64,000 bases of DNA, from IMG/VR virus record IMGVR_UViG_3300030330_005745, positions 18,949 through 82,948 of that record; one strand, 5' to 3'. A model generated the notes under the pieces. The model made no database searches, had not been told where the DNA came from, and saw only the letters and a program-made list of their open reading frames with translations. The translations under genes were made by a program, and so were the position numbers. The DNA is from a virus. Its lineage: Duplodnaviria; Caudoviricetes. Positions 25,186-35,420 of this stretch are shown piece after piece (position 1 is the first letter of the stretch; every line of letters begins with the position of its first letter).

Positions 25186-26826
25186 ATGAATTCCTACCCG
25201 CAGGCGCAAGATGGCGGTAATAAGTTTGTAGAAGGTCTTGCTGCCGGTGGATTACTGGCTGGCTTGGGATATTTTTCCCTAAATCCCCAACGTAGGGCCG
25301 AAGCCAGGCAAAAGATCGCAAATATGGTCAACCCTGACGCTAAATCAGCGACAGCAGGTGTTCGTCAAGTCAGTTTACAAGATAAAGCCAACCTTGAGAC
25401 TGCAGCAGCCGGTGTTCCTACCTCTGCAGCACCCCCTGGACCTACTGCAGCAGAACGTAAAGCAGTATATAAGGCGGTCGCACAAAAACCAGAGGCTGAA
25501 TTACCTCAAGTCACCCGTCCTCAAAGCGGAGTAGACGTCGAACTCATCACTGATCCGGTCACAGGAGAAAAGTTTGCCCCTGGCCGCAGCCCTGCAGGGA
25601 CTACCCCACGTAGTTATCTAGAAGATCAAGGGTTTGTCGATAACACAATGGTGGATCAGCAAGATGCACGTGTTGGTTTGCAAGTTGATCAATCTGTTGC
25701 TGCTATCAATGCTGCAGAAGATCAAGCCACTGGTCGAGTCATGCGGCGTCTTCAAGCCAATGAAGATCTAGACATCGGTGCTGTTAACGCAGCTAAAGAA
25801 CAAGCCGAAGCAGTTTTAGAAGACACAATTTCTAGAAATCCCGAATTAGCCAGCGATACGCCCCTGGATGCAGCCGCAAATTCTGTGGCACGCAGTCTTC
25901 CGGACGGTGCTCCAATCGATCAGGCGGAAACGGGTGCTCGTATGCAGGGTCCGATTACTGCACAAGAATTAGTTGATCAAGCAAAACAAGAAATGATTGA
26001 CATGCGTCTTCGCGTTACTGAAGACCTTGTCAAAAGCACCGGCCAAGAACCCAGGCCCAGTCAAGTCGAACGCGCACTCGCTGGTCGATTACAGACACAA
26101 CAACAAGGAGATCCTGGCCGCATGATGACCGGTTCAGGCTTACAAAGAGTAGAACTTCCTGAAGGAGCAGCAAGCCAGACAGTCACTAGCGTCGGTGCCA
26201 GTGAAACTCTTCCAGAAAGAGCTGTTGTTAACATCGGTCCACAGGCGGCTGTTACAAAAACTGCTGCAGGCACTGCAATCCGAGGCGCTTCGCCTGTCAT
26301 GGATGTTGCACAACCTGTCGAAAGAACACGCCCTGTTTTTGGTTCTAGTGAGCCCTTAGTTCCAGGGGCACCAGATGAACGGATGCCTGATCGCCCCGGA
26401 TCAGAAAGCGCGTTCCAACAAATTCAATCTGCACCAGTCGGTCGTATTGATGACTATGCCGAAAATGTAGATCGAGGCGTAACTGCAGGCGGTATTGGTG
26501 TCTATGGCCGCGAGCCGAAATTTGTCCCTGGGGCTATGAGTAAAGCTACCGGTAAATACTCGGCTGCTTCTCAGCGCAAGCCTACAGATCTTCCGTTCAA
26601 GGAAGCACCTTCTGGCGGCGCTAAATTCAGTGATCTCAGCTCTGATCAGCTCAAGTCTTTTATTGAGCGTGCACCGGAGGGACGTGTCAAGCAAGCTGGT
26701 TTAGACGAAGCCCGCCGCCGTGAAAATACCGGAGCTTCCTTACAGGCGTCAGAAGCTTTACGTCGTGCCAGAATTGAAGGACGTGATCCCCAATCTGTTC
26801 TCCGTGATTTAGGTTTTGGAGTCTGA
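25186..26826 (+). CDS. hypothetical protein, probably virion/internal
   Basis: 546 aa, Ala/Gln/Pro-rich, with an N-terminal GLAAGGLLAGLGYF hydrophobic patch. Confidence 0.65.
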   Translation: MNSYPQAQDGGNKFVEGLAAGGLLAGLGYFSLNPQRRAEARQKIANMVNPDAKSATAGVRQVSLQDKANLETAAAGVPTSAAPPGPTAAERKAVYKAVAQKPEAELPQVTRPQSGVDVELITDPVTGEKFAPGRSPAGTTPRSYLEDQGFVDNTMVDQQDARVGLQVDQSVAAINAAEDQATGRVMRRLQANEDLDIGAVNAAKEQAEAVLEDTISRNPELASDTPLDAAANSVARSLPDGAPIDQAETGARMQGPITAQELVDQAKQEMIDMRLRVTEDLVKSTGQEPRPSQVERALAGRLQTQQQGDPGRMMTGSGLQRVELPEGAASQTVTSVGASETLPERAVVNIGPQAAVTKTAAGTAIRGASPVMDVAQPVERTRPVFGSSEPLVPGAPDERMPDRPGSESAFQQIQSAPVGRIDDYAENVDRGVTAGGIGVYGREPKFVPGAMSKATGKYSAASQRKPTDLPFKEAPSGGAKFSDLSSDQLKSFIERAPEGRVKQAGLDEARRRENTGASLQASEALRRARIEGRDPQSVLRDLGFGV

Positions 26827-26827
26827 T

Positions 26828-27037
26828 ATGGCTAAGAAGAAAAAAGACTGGATCAAAAAGGCTGACATCAAAGAAGGGGCCTTTACTGCAAAGGCAAAGA
26901 AGAAAGGCATCACCTCTGCCCAACTACAGGAGAACGTTCTCGCCAACCCAGACGAGTACGATGAAAAGACTGTGAAGCAGGCCAACCTCCGTAAGACGTT
27001 GGTAGGATTGAAAAAGAAGAAAAAAGAGAAAAAGTAA
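26828..27037 (+). CDS. Lys-rich small protein
   Basis: MAKKKKDWIKKADIKEGAFTAKAKKKG...QANLRKTL. Confidence 0.7.
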   Translation: MAKKKKDWIKKADIKEGAFTAKAKKKGITSAQLQENVLANPDEYDEKTVKQANLRKTLVGLKKKKKEKK

Positions 27038-27664
27038 ATGAAGGACCACCGCCTTGACCTAGGCCGCTACGTACGTAACCCCTTCAATCGCCAGGGGGAT
27101 ATTAAAAAGCGCCTTGACTTTGACGACTTGTTTAGGTCCAAGGCGACCAGCGGTGATTACCCCTGGAACCCCTCAAGGTTTACTTCCCAGGATTTACTAC
27201 GGCGTTCACAAACGCGCAAAACAAAATTAAATCCGGATTTGAACTTCGTAGGCAATTCCCCGTTCTTTGATGGTAACGAGAATGTTTCATCTGACTATGA
27301 GCTATTCGAAGGTCTTGGACGTTTCAATCGTCCTGTGGATTATGACTTTGATGAAGGCCGAGCCCTTACTTCGCAGCGCCCTCAGAACCAGCCTGATTTC
27401 AATCCCCTCTGGGTCGAAGCATATGAGATGAGCCCCACGGTTAAGCCTGGGGAAACTGCAAAGAATCCAATGCCGCGCTTGCGTAATCCTGATCCAAATG
27501 GTTTCTTGATGGCGCAAGCAGAAAGACGTGCGGAAGACGAAGCAGAAGACAAACGTTCTATCTCTCAGCTTCTTAGTGAAGAAGGACCACAGTCAAAGAA
27601 GAAAGAAAAGAAAGAAGAACGTGAAGGCAAAGAAACTGCAATTGAAGAACAAGAAAATAACTGA
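27038..27664 (+). CDS. hypothetical protein
   Basis: 208-aa ORF, coupled to the upstream gene. Confidence 0.65.
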   Translation: MKDHRLDLGRYVRNPFNRQGDIKKRLDFDDLFRSKATSGDYPWNPSRFTSQDLLRRSQTRKTKLNPDLNFVGNSPFFDGNENVSSDYELFEGLGRFNRPVDYDFDEGRALTSQRPQNQPDFNPLWVEAYEMSPTVKPGETAKNPMPRLRNPDPNGFLMAQAERRAEDEAEDKRSISQLLSEEGPQSKKKEKKEEREGKETAIEEQENN

Positions 27665-27692
27665 GATAAAATAGATTTAACGAGGTAAGAAA

Positions 27693-28373
27693 ATGATCCG
27701 GCAGCTTGCAAAATTAGGTACATACGCCCGTCCAATCATCAATTTTGGCAAGAGCCTTGTTGACCCCAAGGAATACGCTGCTGACCTTAAGGCGTTGGCG
27801 GGAACTCGTTTAGGTAAAGCTGCCCTGGCCGATGGTGGAAAAGAGTTACTGAAAAGCTCTGTTCCAGGGGCCGTAATTACAACTGGCCTTAGTACCTTGA
27901 CGACGGGAAATCCTTTTGCCGGTCTCCTGATCGGTGCGACTGACCTTGGTGCGAGCTTCGGTTTATCTCGAGCGTTGGCCGGAAGAACGGGCAAAGTCTT
28001 AGGCATGCCCTTGTCAGGTCAATATTCTTACCGTGTAAAAGACGGTTTAAAAACCGCCAAAGGCACCCCACGGAAGCAAGTGAATCTTACGGATTCGTCA
28101 GTGGTTAACCGTGTGTATGAGCAGAGCATGCCTCAGACGATTGCCCAGCTCGCTGGAAGCGTGGGTGCCGTGGTGGCATTGGAGCCAAGATTTATGCCGC
28201 AGGCTTATAACGAAAGTCAAGCTGTGACACAACAACAGCAGTTGGCACAAATGAAATATCTAAACAATATGAATACGCCTAATACGGCTGACGGAACTTT
28301 GTACCAAGTTCAAGGTATTCCTCAACGACGTGAGCAAGAAAGAATGGCACCTATGCCGGGAATGTACCGATGA
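27693..28373 (+). CDS. candidate internal virion (ejection) protein
   Basis: Gly/Ala-rich hydrophobic helices. Confidence 0.55.
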   Translation: MIRQLAKLGTYARPIINFGKSLVDPKEYAADLKALAGTRLGKAALADGGKELLKSSVPGAVITTGLSTLTTGNPFAGLLIGATDLGASFGLSRALAGRTGKVLGMPLSGQYSYRVKDGLKTAKGTPRKQVNLTDSSVVNRVYEQSMPQTIAQLAGSVGAVVALEPRFMPQAYNESQAVTQQQQLAQMKYLNNMNTPNTADGTLYQVQGIPQRREQERMAPMPGMYR

Positions 28374-29302
28374 GTATTGTTAACCAGTTAAAAACCGGTT
28401 TTAAAACAGCCGAGCAGGTAATGACCGGTCGGCAAGATTATCGGCATAGTGTTTTTGACCCACGTTTTGCGCGGGATCTACGTGAAGGTTATGTTAATAC
28501 CGCACCTGTTTCTAGAGCAACCGGAAAACGTTTAGACGATCCGATCAATACAAAACCATTAACCACACCTGCTGAATTTGTTGGTGCATATGCGGCACGT
28601 CTAGCAACCGATATTGGCACGGATGGAAGCCGTCAATTTTACTGGCGTTACAACCATCCTCTTGCAATTGCGGAAAAAGCTGTTGAACAAGCTGTACCAC
28701 AGTTAGGTGATGTTTCTAGTCCTCTGAAAAAAGCCGCCTTGACGGGAGGAATTGGAGGCGTTACTGCAGCTTCTTTAGGTACTTTTGATGTAACCAACCC
28801 AGGAGAATTATTTCGTCCTAAGGGGTATGCTCAAACTTACGCTGAAAAAGGTTCCGAAGACCGTCGGAAAACAGCTGAGCCTGGCATGGAAGTTTTCGAC
28901 CGTTTCTTCTTAGGCCGTCGTGGCCGTCCTTTGAAATATGAAACTGCTAAAGCGGACATTCCAAGTTTAACTCCGGAGCGGTACGGTAAAGCAATGCGTA
29001 GTCAATATCAAGATCGGGGTGTTTTAGGCCTTGGTCTTCTCAAAGCTACAGATGAAAATTTACAAGGTGAACCCGAAGTTAAAGTTGTTGGTTTTCCTGT
29101 AGGGTTACAAGCGGTAGGTGCAGTTGGAGGCGGTACCGCTGCCCTGCGTAAATCGATGGATAAAAACCTGCCCACACGAAAAGCAGGTGTCGCAGCTCTT
29201 GCTGGATCTTTAGCAGGTGCAACTGTTGGCAAGCTGGTCAACTTAGGTATTGCTAGCGCACGTAATAATCCTGAAAAGTTACCCTCTACTCTTGAGTATT
29301 GA
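28370..29302 (+). CDS. candidate internal virion (ejection) protein
   Basis: Gly/Ala helices AALTGGIGG and LAGATVGKL. Confidence 0.55.
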   Translation: MSIVNQLKTGFKTAEQVMTGRQDYRHSVFDPRFARDLREGYVNTAPVSRATGKRLDDPINTKPLTTPAEFVGAYAARLATDIGTDGSRQFYWRYNHPLAIAEKAVEQAVPQLGDVSSPLKKAALTGGIGGVTAASLGTFDVTNPGELFRPKGYAQTYAEKGSEDRRKTAEPGMEVFDRFFLGRRGRPLKYETAKADIPSLTPERYGKAMRSQYQDRGVLGLGLLKATDENLQGEPEVKVVGFPVGLQAVGAVGGGTAALRKSMDKNLPTRKAGVAALAGSLAGATVGKLVNLGIASARNNPEKLPSTLEY

Positions 29303-29342
29303 GGTTGTAAAATTAAACTATTAAGGTCAACCCTAGAGTGGA

Positions 29343-30128
29343 ATGAATACTTTTATTGGCTATCCAGGGGGAGGAGTTAGCGCCCCGCCTACGGGAGCTT
29401 ATCCCCTGGCATTGGCTAATCCCCAATTGGGTTCTTTGAATCCACAAGTCATTCGAACCACTACAGCGGCAGGTGCCAAACGTGGCATTGATTTCGCAAA
29501 GCTTTTAGGCCAAGGTAGAGCGGCTGCAATTAAAGGGGCGCAGGGCGCAGGAAAATTTGCAGGAGCCTATGCCCCTCTTATCGGAGGTGCCATGGAGCTG
29601 GCGGAAGGAGACGTTGCTGGTGCAGTCGGTAGCACCGCAGGTGGCTACTTGGGAGCCTTGGCTGGTCAAGTGTTAATTCCGATTCCTGGAGTTGGCGCAG
29701 GGGTTGGCGCAATTGCAGGATCAATGTTAGGTAGCGGTGTTGCAGATGCAACGAAGAATTTATTACCTGATTTAGAAATCGCTGGCTTGGCGATCGGTGA
29801 ACGCGCCAAACGGCGTAAAGAAGCTGCTTATCAACGGGGTGAAACTGAAAAAGATATCAAACTCCAACAAAAATTACAAAGCGAATATTTAACAGGAACT
29901 CTTGCACCTTTCCTTGATCAACAACGTCGGCAACAAGTTACTGCTCAGCAGTCGTTGTTGAACACTCAAGGCGCTATTTACCAAAAGCTTGCTCGTACAG
30001 CAGGTAGTTTCCAACTTGCCGGTCAAGGGATGGCCGAAAGCGGCGCACTTGCCCGTACGGCGCTAGCAAACAATCCTTATGCTGGAGCGACAATCAAAGC
30101 ACCTAACATTACTTTCGGGAGGGGTTGA
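29343..30128 (+). CDS. candidate internal virion (ejection) protein
   Basis: Glycine-zipper region GGYLGALAG..GAGVGAIAGSMLG followed by a coiled coil. Confidence 0.6.
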   Translation: MNTFIGYPGGGVSAPPTGAYPLALANPQLGSLNPQVIRTTTAAGAKRGIDFAKLLGQGRAAAIKGAQGAGKFAGAYAPLIGGAMELAEGDVAGAVGSTAGGYLGALAGQVLIPIPGVGAGVGAIAGSMLGSGVADATKNLLPDLEIAGLAIGERAKRRKEAAYQRGETEKDIKLQQKLQSEYLTGTLAPFLDQQRRQQVTAQQSLLNTQGAIYQKLARTAGSFQLAGQGMAESGALARTALANNPYAGATIKAPNITFGRG

Positions 30129-30130
30129 TC

Positions 30131-30805
30131 ATGGAAAGAACCAGAGGAATTATTTCGGGACCTCTTGCTAATCTTTTTGGTTTCGGTAAAAACGCTTCTA
30201 CGTCCCCAGTAGTTCCGGGGATGGCCGCAGGCAACATGAGTGGCTTGCAGCCTACCCAGGCTGACATGTCTTGGTACAACAAGACAATGCGAAATCAAGC
30301 TGTCGATAAAATTCGACAAACACTTCCACCGGAAGACCAAGGCAGATTTGATACTGTTATCGCACAAAATCCTGATAATCCTCTTGAAGCAGCACGGCAA
30401 TTTCAACCCAGCACGACCAGTTATTTACCCCCGGGTGCTAAAGAATTGGTTGAAGGACCACAAGTAGATCCAAATATCGGGGCAGAGTATGCAGGACTAA
30501 CTGGCTTACTTGAGCAATCTAATAAGGCAGCAGATGCGCGTTTAGATCGCATGCTTGATTATCAAACTAAAGCAGCTGAGCGGGCTCAACAGTTTGGCAA
30601 GGAAGCAGCTGCAGAAGCTTTCAAGTATGAAATGATGGGTCGTATCCCCGACACCATTATGGCTGGTCTGGCAGGATCTGGGCAGCTGATGAGGGAAGGT
30701 GCAAAAGATATCTCCAATACCGTAATGCGTGGTGTTGAAGCATTGCCTAAACCCAACATTGCAGCACGTACTTATCAACAACCTACCTTTAGGTATTTCA
30801 AATAG
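30131..30805 (+). CDS. candidate internal virion protein
   Basis: 224 aa from the ATG; Gln/Ala helical. Confidence 0.55.
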   Translation: MERTRGIISGPLANLFGFGKNASTSPVVPGMAAGNMSGLQPTQADMSWYNKTMRNQAVDKIRQTLPPEDQGRFDTVIAQNPDNPLEAARQFQPSTTSYLPPGAKELVEGPQVDPNIGAEYAGLTGLLEQSNKAADARLDRMLDYQTKAAERAQQFGKEAAAEAFKYEMMGRIPDTIMAGLAGSGQLMREGAKDISNTVMRGVEALPKPNIAARTYQQPTFRYFK

Positions 30806-30824
30806 GTTGCAGTAAACTAAAGCC

Positions 30825-31439
30825 ATGCTTTCACAGTCATCTTCTACATTTGCCAGCGCCTTCCAAGGGGGTTTTAATCCTACAAACTTTGGTTTAGGCA
30901 AAGGCTCAAGTATTGCAGATGCTTATTTAGCAACAGATAGACCTAGTTTTGGCGGAAGTAATTCAGGAGGAGGAATGGATCCCTTAACGGCTGGCTTAGG
31001 TTTTGCCAATCTTGGTGCAAGTATTTTCGGTGGGATGGCCCAGCGGAGAACCCAAGCCAACATCGCTAACGCGCAGTTAGCTGCGGCAGCGGATCAACTC
31101 AAGAATCAAGTTGAGATGACCCGCGATATGAGCAAATTCCAGGAAGCAAGTAATATTAACAACCTGGTTTTTTCTGCGGGTACAGGTGCAGATCTGGCGT
31201 ATGACCGCCAAAGAAAAGCAGCACTTTTTACGCAAGGTCCTTTACGGGAGTTGAAGTTAGCTGGCGATATGGCTGAACGCCGAGCTTTTCTTGGTCTTCA
31301 GGGATCCGAAGAAGCCAAAGCATTATCTCGTCGTCAAAATAAGGAAGCTTTAAAACGTACTCTTGCAGATAGACAAGGAGCTATGATGGGTATGTTCGGC
31401 CGGATTGCACCTGTCAACGTCGAAAACTTATTTGTTTGA
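30825..31439 (+). CDS. candidate pilot/ejection protein
   Basis: GLGFANLGASIFGGMAQRRTQANIANAQ, typical of T7 gp14/P22 gp7-like proteins. Confidence 0.55.
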   Translation: MLSQSSSTFASAFQGGFNPTNFGLGKGSSIADAYLATDRPSFGGSNSGGGMDPLTAGLGFANLGASIFGGMAQRRTQANIANAQLAAAADQLKNQVEMTRDMSKFQEASNINNLVFSAGTGADLAYDRQRKAALFTQGPLRELKLAGDMAERRAFLGLQGSEEAKALSRRQNKEALKRTLADRQGAMMGMFGRIAPVNVENLFV

Positions 31440-31449
31440 GGTATAAATA

Positions 31450-32337
31450 ATGTACGGAAGTCCTAAAGTAACCTATCAATCACCAAAGATTGAAAAGGAT
31501 AAAAGTTTTGAAAAATATCTGGACTACCAGATTACAAGACAACAAAACATAGACGATCGCGCACAGCAAGCAATAGATGATGAAAATGAACGTACTCGAA
31601 TTAGGAATGAAGCAGGTGCAGCGGGATACGGAAGCTACGCTGATAACATACAGAATCAGTTAAATGCTGGCCTAATTAGTTTTAATGACGCACAAAGTCG
31701 TTTAGAAGGTTATCGTGCTAAATACGATATGCCAGCAGGTGACCGTGCAACTGCACTCACACAAAACTATTTAGAAAATATTCTTCCGGGACGTCGTGAT
31801 ACCGGTATTACTGCTGCGTACGAAGAGATCTTGGGTCGGGCAGCCACTCCAGAAGAACGGCAGAAAGCAACGGATCGGTTTGCTCAAGGTTATTACACCA
31901 ACGTTAAAGATCTGCGAGATTCATTATTAAAGGGAAGTGAGTACCAAGATAAGTTCAACAAGAGCTACTTGGACAACTACTACGACACGATGTTTGGCAA
32001 GCAGGATAAAACTGCTGAAGGTAAGCTGACAGGTGTCCGTACCTTTAAGTTTGATAAGAACTTGCTTCCTTCCTACGGAGGTGATCTGGCCGACAGAACA
32101 AAAGTTAGCCTGCCTAATTTTGCTGATCAATTCAAGGGCACACCTGCGGAAATTGAAGCGCAACTTCAAAATGTGCGTGATAGTCGTCAGTTCCTTTACA
32201 GTGCTGGTCTGACTAATTTACAGGGTGAAATTAACAAAGAAACCACCAAGCTCAAGAACGAAGGACAGAAAGAACTTCAGAAGATTAAGGGACAGGGTGA
32301 CCTGTATAAATCTCTGGTCGGCACGTTTAGCTTCTAA
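31450..32337 (+). CDS. candidate internal virion protein
   Basis: 295 aa; AYEEILGRAAT. Confidence 0.6.
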   Translation: MYGSPKVTYQSPKIEKDKSFEKYLDYQITRQQNIDDRAQQAIDDENERTRIRNEAGAAGYGSYADNIQNQLNAGLISFNDAQSRLEGYRAKYDMPAGDRATALTQNYLENILPGRRDTGITAAYEEILGRAATPEERQKATDRFAQGYYTNVKDLRDSLLKGSEYQDKFNKSYLDNYYDTMFGKQDKTAEGKLTGVRTFKFDKNLLPSYGGDLADRTKVSLPNFADQFKGTPAEIEAQLQNVRDSRQFLYSAGLTNLQGEINKETTKLKNEGQKELQKIKGQGDLYKSLVGTFSF

Positions 32338-32382
32338 ATATTCACTTGTTATAATTAATTCAGTTCCGACTCTTATAAGGAA

Positions 32383-32559
32383 ATGGCTCAAACTCCCGCA
32401 GGACAAGCTACTCAGGACGATTACTTTGACATTACTAAGTTCGAAGAGCTCCTGAACCGCTTGGAAGCTTCTAAAGGCCGTCAGCAGCGCCAGAAGTCTC
32501 TCGAAGGTCGTCGTGACATCTTCGCCACCGGCCTGGCTGGCATGATGGGCAACTTCTGA
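32383..32559 (+). CDS. hypothetical protein, 58 aa
   Basis: Manual ORF MAQTPAGQATQDDYFDITKF...; TATAAT 28 nt upstream. Confidence 0.7.
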   Translation: MAQTPAGQATQDDYFDITKFEELLNRLEASKGRQQRQKSLEGRRDIFATGLAGMMGNF

Positions 32560-32585
32560 TAATTTCTTCTAGGATTTTATAAGCC

Positions 32586-32834
32586 ATGACTAGCAGTGTA
32601 CCCGCCGGACAAACCGATGCCGATGATTGGTTTGATCTAGATAAGTACAAGAAAGCTGCTGGCGTGGCTTACGAATTTTCCAAAAAGAAAATGGAGACTG
32701 CCGGTGAGCAAGAACGAGAAACCATCGGTAAGGGCGCAAGCGAAAGCCGCGAATCAGCGGCACAGCAGCAGCGATTCCGCCAGGAAGACGAAAAGCGGGA
32801 CTACGATCAGGCCCAACGAGCTTATCGATATTGA
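32586..32834 (+). CDS. hypothetical protein
   Basis: MTSSVPAGQTDADDWFDLDK; N-terminus resembles the previous gene. Confidence 0.65.
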   Translation: MTSSVPAGQTDADDWFDLDKYKKAAGVAYEFSKKKMETAGEQERETIGKGASESRESAAQQQRFRQEDEKRDYDQAQRAYRY

Positions 32835-33321
32835 GTTATTCGACACCTGGGTCGATAACTTAGACGCCGCTACTCAAGAATCGTTCACTGCTTTTTGCTC
32901 AGATAACTACTCCGTTATTGAGATCTATTTGTATGCCAGATTTCTTGGCTACAAAGGCAGTATTCAGCCCTGTGACCTCTGGGTCAAAGACAACTACAAG
33001 AAACCGGATCACCGGAAAAAACTCTTGTATGAAATTGACGAGATGCAAGAGGACATCCGTAAACTGCGTGAAGACGTAGAAAATGGTGCTGTCAAGCGCG
33101 ATGCTGGTGTTGCACGTGTTGCTTCCATGCAGAAAGAACTTCGTGGTCATATTGACCAGGTAGAGAAGTTTACAAGTACCCGTGACAGAAAAGGTTTGTT
33201 GATGGCAGGTGCAGACCGTGCTATCCGTGAACTAATGTTTATTTTTAAAGACGATCCCATCGAGATTCCTTTGGAAGAAGCAACGATGAGCGTATGGGCA
33301 AGAATGCAGCTGGAAGAATAG
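32704..33321 (+). CDS. putative terminase small subunit
   Basis: Helical protein just upstream of terL; start uncertain. Confidence 0.45.
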   Translation: MSKNEKPSVRAQAKAANQRHSSSDSARKTKSGTTIRPNELIDIELFDTWVDNLDAATQESFTAFCSDNYSVIEIYLYARFLGYKGSIQPCDLWVKDNYKKPDHRKKLLYEIDEMQEDIRKLREDVENGAVKRDAGVARVASMQKELRGHIDQVEKFTSTRDRKGLLMAGADRAIRELMFIFKDDPIEIPLEEATMSVWARMQLEE

Positions 33322-33375
33322 GGCAATTAAAATAAGTTCATACGCAGAGCACTATAAGTGCGACAGTAATTAAAA

Positions 33376-33540
33376 ATGGCTAAGAAGAAAATGCCGCCTC
33401 AGCTTCTTGAGTACTTCAAGAAGAAAGAAGCCAAAAAAGAAGATGGCTCTGAGATGAGCGACAAGGAAAAGCGTAAAGCTGCCTTGGAAAAAGCACGTAA
33501 ATATAAAGAGCAGAAAAAAGACAAGAAAGAAGAAAAATAA
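33376..33540 (+). CDS. Lys-rich small protein, 54 aa
   Basis: Manual ORF MAKKKMPPQLLEYFKKK... Confidence 0.65.
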   Translation: MAKKKMPPQLLEYFKKKEAKKEDGSEMSDKEKRKAALEKARKYKEQKKDKKEEK

Positions 33541-33571
33541 GATAGCATTTAAGTAGTATTGATCTACTGTC

Positions 33572-35098
33572 GTGCCAAGTTATACGCACCTTGCTTATCG
33601 ACGAAATGCCAAGGCTGCGGCACGCAATCAACAAATTAAGAAGCCAAAGAACGCGGAACTTCTAAAGAAAGCCCGTGAAGACTTTGGCTTTTTCTGTGAG
33701 TATGTAGCAGATAAACCGCCCGCAGAACATCACCAGCATTGGCATCGTCACTTTGTCACGGATCAAGATAGTTCTTGTCTGATTAAGATTGCTGGCCCTA
33801 ACGTTGATCTTCTTGCACCACGGGGTTCTGCCAAATCAACGGTCTTAGGCCTTCTTACAGCCTGGGCCATAGGTATTCACACCCACGAAAAACTACCGCT
33901 ACAAATCCTGTACTTGTCCTACACCGTGGACATTGCAAGATCTAAGTCAGCAACAATAAAACGGATTATTGAAAGTAAACGGTATCAAGAAGTATTCCCT
34001 TCTGTACGTCTTCTCAAGAACGTAACAAGTAACGAATACTGGTCGATAGACCATAAGTTTGCAGGTATTGATACCACAGGTGAAGAACAGTTCACACTAT
34101 GTGCTGCTGGACTCAAAGGCTCAGTGACATCAAAGCGTTCTCACCTGGTGATGATTGATGACGCTATTAAATCAGCAGCTGACATTGCCAACCCTGACAT
34201 CAGGAAACAGATGCAGGAAAACTGGAATGCAGTTATTGCACCAACGATGTTTGAAGGTGCCCGAGCTATTTGCCTGGGAACGCGTTTTAGACATGACGAC
34301 ATTCATTCAACAACATTCAACGAACAAAACAACTGGAGTCAAATTGTTTTGTCGGCTATTCTCAACGATCCTGAAACAGGAGATGAGAAGTCCTATTGGC
34401 CTGAAATGTGGTCTCTGGACTACCTGAAGGAAAAGAAACGACAAGCACCGATTGCATTCTCGTTCCAGTACATGAATCAGGTTGTCAGACAAAATGAATT
34501 GTCGTTGGCACCAGAACTAATTGTTAAGGCAGAGATCTCCACCGAGTTTGACACCTTGGGGGTAGGCGTGGACCTTTCTGCAGGAACCAAGGAGAAAAAC
34601 GATTACACCGTCATGGTCCTAGGGGGACGTATTGGTGATCGCATTCATATCATTGATTACAGGCGGATCAGGGTTATGGGTAACCTTGAAAAGCTCGATG
34701 CGATGAAAGAACTTCTCAATGATTGGTCGATCATTGGTATTGATGAAAACAAGAACTACTACCCGACTTTCTCCACCTGTGATATCTGGTCTGAAGCTGT
34801 GCAATACCAGGCTTCACTGGAGGCTGATTTCAAGCGGGTCTGCCTCAATAACGAGGGTCTCTACAACCTCATTTGGCATCCCGTAAAAGGTTTCCGTGCA
34901 GATAAGCTTGCACGGTTCCGTGGAATCATGGGCATGTTTGAAGACCGGAAGATTATCTTTAACCGTTACCGGAACTTCACAAATCTCTTCGAGGAACTCA
35001 CGAATTTCGGCGTTAGTAGCCATGACGATTGTGTGGATGCGTTGGTTTGGCTTGTTAACGGTCTAGCTAGAAAAGGGCAGTTACACCTCGATTACTAA
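33572..35098 (+). CDS. terL: terminase large subunit
   Basis: Walker A LAPRGSAKST, Walker B LVMIDD, GTRF..DD, nuclease motifs GVDLSAG and HDDCVDAL. Confidence 0.93.
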   Translation: MPSYTHLAYRRNAKAAARNQQIKKPKNAELLKKAREDFGFFCEYVADKPPAEHHQHWHRHFVTDQDSSCLIKIAGPNVDLLAPRGSAKSTVLGLLTAWAIGIHTHEKLPLQILYLSYTVDIARSKSATIKRIIESKRYQEVFPSVRLLKNVTSNEYWSIDHKFAGIDTTGEEQFTLCAAGLKGSVTSKRSHLVMIDDAIKSAADIANPDIRKQMQENWNAVIAPTMFEGARAICLGTRFRHDDIHSTTFNEQNNWSQIVLSAILNDPETGDEKSYWPEMWSLDYLKEKKRQAPIAFSFQYMNQVVRQNELSLAPELIVKAEISTEFDTLGVGVDLSAGTKEKNDYTVMVLGGRIGDRIHIIDYRRIRVMGNLEKLDAMKELLNDWSIIGIDENKNYYPTFSTCDIWSEAVQYQASLEADFKRVCLNNEGLYNLIWHPVKGFRADKLARFRGIMGMFEDRKIIFNRYRNFTNLFEELTNFGVSSHDDCVDALVWLVNGLARKGQLHLDY

Positions 35099-35126
35099 GC
35101 GTAGAATTAAAAAAAAGATTGGTCCA

Positions 35127-35420
35127 GTGGGTCCAGAGTATATTGCTGCGTTTGCAACCTTGATCGTATCCGCCTTTACAGGTGGGGGCTGGGTTGCAAG
35201 CAAGATTATTGACCGGCAAAAAGAGCGGATTCAACAATCTTTCGACTACATCAGTTCACAGAAAAACAGGATCGACATGTTGGAAGATCAAGTCAATCGC
35301 ATGCCGTTAGATTACGTGCTGAAGGTGGATTTTCTCAGAGAAATCCAGGACATGCACGAAAACTTTCGACAAATTAACAATAAGCTTGATAAGCTTATGG
35401 AAAAGATATTTGAGAAATGA
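35127..35420 (+). CDS. membrane-anchored coiled-coil protein
   Basis: N-terminal TM followed by a coiled coil. Confidence 0.6.
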   Translation: MGPEYIAAFATLIVSAFTGGGWVASKIIDRQKERIQQSFDYISSQKNRIDMLEDQVNRMPLDYVLKVDFLREIQDMHENFRQINNKLDKLMEKIFEK

